Shown here: in pieces, positions 8,011-13,399 of the stretch
How the letters are laid out: every line of letters begins with the position of its first letter
Position numbering within the stretch: the stretch's first letter is position 1
IMG/VR virus record: IMGVR_UViG_3300032283_000637
Span: 1-29,587 of that record
Source of the DNA: a virus
Lineage: Duplodnaviria; Caudoviricetes
DNA: 29,587 bases
Strand: one strand, 5' to 3'
Program-made: the position numbers and the translations under genes
The notes under the pieces: generated by a model
The model's database searches: none
Seen by the model: the letters and a program-made list of their open reading frames with translations, nothing else
What the model was told of the DNA's origin: nothing

Positions 8011-8205
8011 TCACCCTTGCAAGCCGTGCGTTGTTAGTAACTTCTCTAAATAATCAAGCCGTTTATAAGCATTTCTCATTTGGTCAACGCTCATTTTTTC
8101 AAGGGAAGGCAATGTTTCTAAACACTTAGAAATCATGCCTCCCTCGTAGCTTGGCAATTCCATAATCGCTTGTATTTTTAAGCGAATATGCTCCACTGGC
8201 TCCAT
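8011..8205 (-). CDS. hypothetical protein
   Basis: ORF track; TAATG coupling. Confidence 0.65.
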   Translation of the reverse strand: MEPVEHIRLKIQAIMELPSYEGGMISKCLETLPSLEKMSVDQMRNAYKRLDYLEKLLTTHGLQG

Positions 8206-8828
8206 TAGAAAGGCAACGCTTCATCAGGAATGTCAGACTCTAAAATAGGGCGACTTCCTAGCTCATTCATTTTAAGCTCAATATCTGCCCAGTTTTGGGA
8301 GCTTTCAAGACGACCCTTCAACCATTTAGGTAAGCTTTCAAACCCAATCCATGTAGGGTTTTCGTCATCAAAGATATTGAAGGAGTAATCGCTTGGCAAC
8401 GTGGGAACAGGAAGCCCTGCCACCATGCTACCGATTGACATAATCTTGGCACGATTCTTACCGTCCTTGCCTACTTCGTGGTTAATTTGAAGCATACAAG
8501 GTTTTTCAAGGATGGTCAAAAGGTTAAAGCCTTCAAGCTCTTCCTCTGTAAACGCCTTGCCTCTCCATGCGTTAAGATCCTTACGAAGGCTTGCCTTTTC
8601 GTGCAAGCTTAATGTGTAAGTCTTTGTTAGCACAAAGGGAAAGCCGTCTTCACGAACGGCGTTAGGAAGCGTCCACATAAGGACGACTTCATTCTTAGGG
8701 GCTTTCTCGGGATTAAAGTTATTCTCATGCTTCCCCACAGATACAACGCCTGTACAAATGGCGATATGGTTTCCTGCTGGGCAAGGCTGAAAATCCTCAC
8801 CGCTCACGTTTTTTGCAATAAGTCCCAT
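8205..8828 (-). CDS. putative single-stranded DNA-binding / replication accessory protein
   Basis: P.G.H.A.C..V...G and TYTLSLHEKA.LRKDL.AWRG..FT.EEL.GF motifs; acidic tail ending DEALPF like SSB C-termini; start at 8828 after SD AAGGAG. Confidence 0.7.
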   Translation of the reverse strand: MGLIAKNVSGEDFQPCPAGNHIAICTGVVSVGKHENNFNPEKAPKNEVVLMWTLPNAVREDGFPFVLTKTYTLSLHEKASLRKDLNAWRGKAFTEEELEGFNLLTILEKPCMLQINHEVGKDGKNRAKIMSIGSMVAGLPVPTLPSDYSFNIFDDENPTWIGFESLPKWLKGRLESSQNWADIELKMNELGSRPILESDIPDEALPF

Positions 8829-8850
8829 TTCACGGACTCCTTTCATTTAT

Positions 8851-8946
8851 TTACCAACCACGAAGCTCACGCTCCGTTATATCATTGTAACTTTCTTCGT
8901 CGTCACCGCTAGTGGTGAACCAAAAATCAGCTTCTTGGCTATCCAT
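8851..8946 (-). CDS. very small acidic peptide (31 aa)
   Basis: Not in ORF track; MDSQEADFWFTTSGDDEESYNDITERELRGW*; SD GGAGG; fills the gap. Confidence 0.55.
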   Translation of the reverse strand: MDSQEADFWFTTSGDDEESYNDITERELRGW

Positions 8947-9271
8947 TGTCCACCTCCAGCGATTCAAGCCCTAGCACCAACGCCGTATAGCCGACGGATG
9001 CGACACCTTGCAATTTATGCTTTTCTGCTAACTCATCAAGCTTTTTAGAAACATCTAAAGGCACTGTAGGGTAAACGTAATCACGATGCCCTCTTTGACG
9101 AGTGGGGGGCTGATAAATATGCTTTACTCTTGGCAGACCAAGAACTAAGGCATATTCAACCGCATTTGCAATTCTTGTAATTGAGTTTGTGAAATGAAGC
9201 TTCGTTGCCAGCTTGTCTAGGGCTTCCCTTAGCTCTTCAGGTACGCTGATACATACCTTTACTTTTTCCAT
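8939..9271 (-). CDS. tandem ribbon-helix-helix (CopG/Arc-like) DNA-binding protein
   Basis: Two internal repeats KVCISVPEELREALDKLA...ALVLGL and YVYPTVPLDVSKKLDELA...ALVLGL; ATG 9271 has SD AGGAGG. Confidence 0.7.
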   Translation of the reverse strand: MEKVKVCISVPEELREALDKLATKLHFTNSITRIANAVEYALVLGLPRVKHIYQPPTRQRGHRDYVYPTVPLDVSKKLDELAEKHKLQGVASVGYTALVLGLESLEVDNG

Positions 9272-9327
9272 GATTGACCTCCTGATATAAACCCTCTCCA
9301 CACGGAGGGCTTATGAGAAAAGGTAAA

Positions 9328-9435
9328 AAAGTGGGGCAGGATTTTAACCTGCGAAACTGTAATGTATCCTTACTAGATAGCTACAATCAATGTTGTTCTG
9401 GCAACATTGTTCCTTTAACACTCGGACACCCACTC
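9328..9435 (-). ncRNA. tRNA-like RNA (108 nt) with non-canonical anticodon arm and very long variable arm
   Basis: Acceptor GAGTGGG/CCCACTT, D arm TCC-GAGTGTTAAA-GGA, T arm GCAGG-TTAAAAT-CCTGC, CAATGTTG/CAACATTG stem, ~35 nt variable arm; no encoded CCA. Confidence 0.7.
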
Positions 9436-9520
9436 ATGAAAGCAAATTAAAAGCGTTGTCAGTAAAAGAACCCCTCCGTGAATTAAGTATGAGAGAAAGA
9501 GTTTTTCTTTTACTTTTTTG

Positions 9521-9678
9521 GTTCTAAGCTGACCCAAACGAACGAATTAGCACTTAGAAAAATACAACGCCTTTAGTTTGCTTTCGCAAACTTACTACTT
9601 CACACGCTGTTGAGCGGACGGCGTATAGCCTCTTGCGAGTTCCCCTTGCCGAAGGAAGAAAGCTTTGTTTAAGCTCAT
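9521..9678 (-). ncRNA. candidate structured leader RNA upstream of tRNA-like element
   Basis: Successive helices including CTC-GCAA-GAG and AGTTTGC-GAAA-GCAAACT (GNRA loops), CGCT-CAAC-AGCG, TTCTAAG/CTTAGAA; no ORF. Confidence 0.45.
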
Positions 9679-9684
9679 GTAGTC

Positions 9685-9713
9685 ATTATACACAAGTTTC
9701 CAATAAAGTACAA
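9685..9713 (-). promoter_or_regulatory. sigma70-type promoter of leftward operon
   Basis: TTGTAC-17 nt-TATAAT. Confidence 0.7.
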
Positions 9714-9722
9714 TACTTTTAT

Positions 9723-9746
9723 ATCATTGTAATAAATCTTTACATT
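9723..9746. repeat. 24-bp putative operator, copy 1
   Basis: ATCATTGTAATAAATCTTTACATT identical to 17438-17461; contains TGTAA-N7-TTACA dyad. Confidence 0.7.
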
Positions 9747-9766
9747 CAATGTATGAGATGATTATA

Positions 9767-9775
9767 TGTTATAAT
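9767..9775 (+). promoter_or_regulatory. extended -10 promoter for rightward 9858/RusA unit
   Basis: TGTTATAAT. Confidence 0.6.
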
Positions 9776-9857
9776 GGTATCAGCCAAGCACTAAAAGCAT
9801 TAGAACGCATCCACGCTTGGCGGTATGGGTGCGTTCGCCTTTTAAGGGAGTCTTTTT

Positions 9858-10178
9858 ATGATTAAGTTTCCATTTTTTATGTATTTTTTGTTTTCTAGTT
9901 TTGTTATTAACGCTATGGGTGAAAAATGTCGCCAAGATTTTAGGGATTTTTTAATTGATACTTTTGAAAAAAATACACTTCCAACAATAAGCATGAAGGA
10001 TCAAGAAAAGTCTAAGATGTATTTGAGTATGTTAAAACAAATCCCGACTAAACACTTTTTTGTATTTATGCGACTTACAAAGTACAATGATTTTCATGTC
10101 TTTTTATATTTGCTTGATATTGTGCGTGGTGAACTTGAAGAAGATTTTGAAAACTACAAAAAGAAAGTAGGCGTTTAA
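9858..10178 (+). CDS. hypothetical protein (AT-rich)
   Basis: ORF track; SD AAGGGAG; TAATG coupling to RusA-like gene. Confidence 0.6.
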   Translation: MIKFPFFMYFLFSSFVINAMGEKCRQDFRDFLIDTFEKNTLPTISMKDQEKSKMYLSMLKQIPTKHFFVFMRLTKYNDFHVFLYLLDIVRGELEEDFENYKKKVGV

Positions 10179-10798
10179 TGATTAAGCTTGTTTTACCGTT
10201 TATTCCACCGACTAGCAACCACACGCAGAAACACGCCTTGCGAGGAAAGCGAATCATGCGTTATAACACAAGCACTTACAACACTTTTAAAGAGCTTGTC
10301 TTGTCTTGTTTGGCAAGCTCGGATGACTTGGTAGGGATAGACAATTTACAAGCCTTTACGGCGTTCTTAGCGTCCCCTCACAAGGTTAGAATAAGCGTTC
10401 ATAGCCCTAGAGTGCTAACTAAAAAAGGTGAAATCAGTAAAACATTTGGTGACGTTGACAATTTTATTAAGCCGTTGCTTGATGCGATTTATAAACCACT
10501 TGAAGCAAACGATGCCTTGGTCATGCAAGTGACCGCAAGCAAGCATTGCTTGGAGTTTGAACATACCGTTATTGAATGGGAGGAATACGCAAAAGATGAC
10601 GCTCTAAAAGTATTCCCTTACAATCCACGCCATGATAAACAAAAGCTTTTACATTATGCCTTTAAGCAGTTTATGACCATTCGTATAGAGCATGAAGATT
10701 TAATGTATCTAACAGGCGACCCTGATTGTTCAGGCATTTTAGCCGTGTTGGATGCTTATGGATTGTGTCCTGATGATGAAGACTTGGAGGCGATGTAA
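10178..10798 (+). CDS. rusA: RusA-family Holliday junction resolvase with C-terminal extension
   Basis: LPFIPPTSN N-terminus, GDVDNFIKPLLDAI and NDALV motifs. Confidence 0.8.
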   Translation: MIKLVLPFIPPTSNHTQKHALRGKRIMRYNTSTYNTFKELVLSCLASSDDLVGIDNLQAFTAFLASPHKVRISVHSPRVLTKKGEISKTFGDVDNFIKPLLDAIYKPLEANDALVMQVTASKHCLEFEHTVIEWEEYAKDDALKVFPYNPRHDKQKLLHYAFKQFMTIRIEHEDLMYLTGDPDCSGILAVLDAYGLCPDDEDLEAM

Positions 10799-10894
10799 TG
10801 CTTTGTGTGCCACGTTAAGCATGATAAGGCGAGAAGTTAAACTCTGTCGGGGTATCTCAACGGAGGGGAAGGGCTGGTTATTCAGTCGGCATAG

Positions 10895-10918
10895 AGGGGA
10901 GTGTAAAAGCTCCCCTTT
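10895..10918 (+). terminator. terminator-like hairpin downstream of RusA-like gene
   Basis: AGGGGAG-8nt-CTCCCCT-TT. Confidence 0.5.
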
Positions 10919-11050
10919 GGGCTATAAAGCAGACTGCCCCCCATTGCTGGAGGGCTATCCGAACGGTGGCTAGTCATGCTAGCTCCGACATTACGATGCT
11001 GGGTACTCGTTACTTTATTATAGCATAGATTCAGGCGGTTGCCAAACTTT
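10916..11050 (-). ncRNA. small-RNA cassette 1 (promoter, variable 5' segment, conserved hairpin, 3' hairpin)
   Basis: TTGGCA-17-TATAAT with TGn (11017-11045); conserved 25-bp core 10963-10987; GCCCUCC/GGGGGGC hairpin. Confidence 0.6.
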
Positions 11051-11165
11051 TTTGGGCTATAAAGCAGAAAACCCCCCTGCAAAGGAGGGAGTCTGTACGG
11101 TGGCTAGTCATGCTAGCTCCGCTTCAATGGTATTATAGCACAGTTTCAAGCGGTTGCCATACTTT
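11051..11165 (-). ncRNA. small-RNA cassette 2 (tandem diverged duplicate of cassette 1)
   Basis: ATGGCA-17-TATAAT with TGn (11132-11160); identical core 11097-11121; CCCUCC/GGGGGG hairpin followed by UUUU. Confidence 0.6.
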
Positions 11166-11642
11166 CACTTGCCATACTTTCACTTGGTTGAAGTGGTAAA
11201 AATCAAAAGGCTTAACAGGCTTAAAAGCTTTTGTTTTGCTAAATAAAAGGTTTTCAATTTCCCAACCTTTTCCTATAAACTCTACAAGCTTATTATCTTC
11301 GGTCAATCTTAAAATAATATATCTACTTTGCAAGTCGTTTTTACCAAAGGCTCCATTCTCCACCGCATCCGCATAGTCCAACCAAGGATGCTGTGCTTCA
11401 TATAGCATATTGGCTATTTCTTGGTAAACATACAAGCCGTGATCGCAATAGTCGAACACGCACCGCCCTAGTTCTGTTAATCCTTCATCTGTAAAAGGGG
11501 AACCTTTAAACACAATTTCGCCCATAGGTAAATCGTGCGTCAATATCTCGAACTCTACAAAGTCGTTACTATCAAACGTGCAAGATGAGCCTTCTATGAA
11601 GCTTATGGTTATTGGTCTTTCAGCTCGATTAGTCATTTTCAA
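11133..11642 (-). CDS. hypothetical protein
   Basis: ORF track; SD AAGGAG; start at TTG 11642 or nearby ATG. Confidence 0.7.
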   Translation of the reverse strand: MKMTNRAERPITISFIEGSSCTFDSNDFVEFEILTHDLPMGEIVFKGSPFTDEGLTELGRCVFDYCDHGLYVYQEIANMLYEAQHPWLDYADAVENGAFGKNDLQSRYIILRLTEDNKLVEFIGKGWEIENLLFSKTKAFKPVKPFDFYHFNQVKVWQVKVWQPLETVL

Positions 11643-11647
11643 TCTCC

Positions 11648-12394
11648 TTAAAACAGTGTTTGTTGTGTCTTGTCTATTTGTTCTATTCTTGCGTTTGCAA
11701 GGTCTGTGTATTCTTGGCTTATTTCATACCCTATAAAATTACGGTTAAGCTCCTTGCAAGCGACTCCAGTAGTTCCACTCCCTGCAAAGGGGTCTAACAC
11801 TAAATCGTTTTCATCTGTCCAAGTCAAGATGTGATCTCGAGCTAGTTCTAAAGGAAAAGGTGCTGGGTGTCCTGTTGGGTTCTTGCTTGTGGTGTAACGC
11901 CAAATGTTTGTGCGTGGTGAAAATTGAGGAACTGGATTTTTTAACTTCCCTGAATAATCTTTAAACCCAGCCCATTTGTTAGGTTTGTCACAAATCAAGT
12001 TTACTGTCTTGGGTTGTCCTTTAGACAAAACAAACATATACTCAAAAATCTGTGTGTAACGCTTGCCTTCTTTTCTCGCAGGAAATGTACTAGAGTTCTT
12101 TTCAAAAATCATAGTATCGTGCAATAAAAAGCCCATATCCATGAACTTTAATACCTGTCTAAAAGATGTCCCTGTTTCGCTTTTCTTTTTAACTTGGTCT
12201 CCAATAACCCATACCAGTACCCCCCCCTCCTTCAAAACACGGAATAACGATCTCGAGATCCGATAAAAATCAAAACTGTATCCGTTGTATTCTCGTAAGT
12301 CATCATAAGGGGGGGATGTAAGAATTAAATCAACTGAATTATATTCCTGTTCAAGAATAAGGCTTGTATTGTTACCACAAAGTACATTACTCAT
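11648..12394 (-). CDS. DNA methyltransferase, beta class (N4-cytosine/N6-adenine; SPPY suggests m4C), orphan
   Basis: DLILTSPPY motif IV before HPAPFP and VLDPFAGSGTT motif I. Confidence 0.92.
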   Translation of the reverse strand: MSNVLCGNNTSLILEQEYNSVDLILTSPPYDDLREYNGYSFDFYRISRSLFRVLKEGGVLVWVIGDQVKKKSETGTSFRQVLKFMDMGFLLHDTMIFEKNSSTFPARKEGKRYTQIFEYMFVLSKGQPKTVNLICDKPNKWAGFKDYSGKLKNPVPQFSPRTNIWRYTTSKNPTGHPAPFPLELARDHILTWTDENDLVLDPFAGSGTTGVACKELNRNFIGYEISQEYTDLANARIEQIDKTQQTLF

Positions 12395-12525
12395 CAGTCT
12401 GTCCGTCCTTCCATTTCTTCAAACAGTTCAGGTATATGGTCAAACAGTTCGTCAATAATCCAGTCGGGCGTTACATAGTAGTCCGACTTGTGGCGGTCGT
12501 AACCTCTCAATGTACTACTCATCAT
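12394..12525 (-). pseudogene. 43-aa ORF resembling the N-terminus of a phage DNA adenine methyltransferase (truncated remnant)
   Basis: MMSSTLRGYDRHKSDYYVTPDWIIDELF...; D-Y-x-TP-x-W pattern; no catalytic motifs follow. Confidence 0.5.
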
Positions 12526-12704
12526 TCAGCATTCCATAGGATGTGTTCACCCTTTTCTAGTTGAGTTTCTTCGGTGTCAAGAATAAGCATCTGCACTTTT
12601 TCATCGAAGCGGATCTGTTTAACAATGGCTCCGTCTACAAGCACAGGGTACTCGTCCCCTTGCAACTCCCATAATAGGCTTGAAAGTATCGTGTTGGTTA
12701 GCAT
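12522..12704 (-). CDS. hypothetical protein
   Basis: ORF track; coupled start/stop with neighbours. Confidence 0.65.
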   Translation of the reverse strand: MLTNTILSSLLWELQGDEYPVLVDGAIVKQIRFDEKVQMLILDTEETQLEKGEHILWNAE

Positions 12705-12880
12705 TAGTCTTTCCGTCCTTTCGTGTCTATAAACTCCTGCAACGCCTCGCCTACAATCTCACGGAATGGCTCACCCACTGGTGGGGGAGGGTCGCTAGGC
12801 TCCCCCTTCAACGCTATTACTTCGGCAAGTAGTTTTTCTGCCTTCTTCACCACTTGCTCTAATCGGTCTAGCCTATCCAT
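12704..12880 (-). CDS. hypothetical protein (58 aa)
   Basis: Not in ORF track; MDRLDRLEQVVKKAEKLLAEVIALKGEPSDPPPPVGEPF...GRKD*; SD AAGGAG; TGATG/TAATG couplings. Confidence 0.65.
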   Translation of the reverse strand: MDRLDRLEQVVKKAEKLLAEVIALKGEPSDPPPPVGEPFREIVGEALQEFIDTKGRKD

Positions 12881-13143
12881 CACACGGTCTCCTTTTTTTT
12901 TAAGCGGTCTTTAGGTAATTTATGGGATTTCCCAAAATTGAATAAGGTAAAATTAAAACGAACTGTTGTTTCCGTTGTCTTCGTATCTAAGTTTATAGGC
13001 TCACCCTTCAACGCTTTCACCTCAGCTTGTAGTTCTTTTACCGCATCTTTTAAAGTCTCTACTTCATTAGCAAGGTCTAAAAGCATTTTGTTTAAATGCC
13101 TTACAACTAATCGCAATTCTGTGTTATCCACATCCATAATCAA
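12880..13143 (-). CDS. coiled-coil hypothetical protein
   Basis: Heptads LANEVETLKDAVKELQAEVKALK; SD AAGGAG. Confidence 0.7.
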   Translation of the reverse strand: MIMDVDNTELRLVVRHLNKMLLDLANEVETLKDAVKELQAEVKALKGEPINLDTKTTETTVRFNFTLFNFGKSHKLPKDRLKKKETV

Positions 13144-13399
13144 TCTCCTTTATTTCTTTAAAGTACACGTTAAACGCTTCGTCTATAGGCTTAATTGCCT
13201 TGACTTGCCTGTTATTCATAGGGCATAAAAGCAAGCCTGTTTTAAACGTCTGATAATAATCTAGCCCTCCTTCTGTGACGCAATAAGCAATAAACCACAC
13301 ATCGCTTAAGACTTTCTTTTTCAACACGCTAAAAAGCTTTTCATCCTTGAAGTCGTAAAATCTAATCACTTCCACGCACTCCTTACCGTTGTCTTCCAT
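13124..13399 (-). CDS. hypothetical protein
   Basis: ORF track; overlaps end of helicase-primase; true start may be slightly downstream. Confidence 0.6.
   Translation of the reverse strand: MEDNGKECVEVIRFYDFKDEKLFSVLKKKVLSDVWFIAYCVTEGGLDYYQTFKTGLLLCPMNNRQVKAIKPIDEAFNVYFKEIKEIDYGCG

Noticed and set aside
9328-9435. Ordinary decoding tRNA (e.g. Gly-GCC from TT-GCC-AG and U73)
   Set aside because: No 5-bp stem/7-nt loop can be drawn, the body is class II-like with a 35-nt variable arm, and the first base pairs do not fit tRNA-Gly identity; reported as tRNA-like instead
9565-9626. Hammerhead ribozyme in the three-way junction (GUC before stem I)
   Set aside because: Core CUGANGA and GAAA are not present (TGTGAAGTAG and TAAA instead)
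9728-9744. NtcA or CRP box in the 24-bp repeat
   Set aside because: Spacing is GTA-N9-TAC, not GTA-N8-TAC; does not fit TGTGA-N6-TCACA
11001-11010. 10-mer GGGTACTCGT of cassette 1 variable segment recurs at 3305 and 12646
   Set aside because: Short, same strand as the mRNAs (not antisense), compatible with chance
10916-11165. CRISPR array
   Set aside because: Only two units, each with its own promoter; variable segments differ greatly in length; no cas genes; core unlike repeats I recognise
11154-11186. 15-bp tandem duplication giving QVKVWQVKVWQ
   Set aside because: Simple local slippage duplication at the cassette 2 promoter boundary; no independent function evident
11648-12394. Complete restriction-modification system
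   Set aside because: No recognisable endonuclease motif in neighbours; orphan MTases are common in phages
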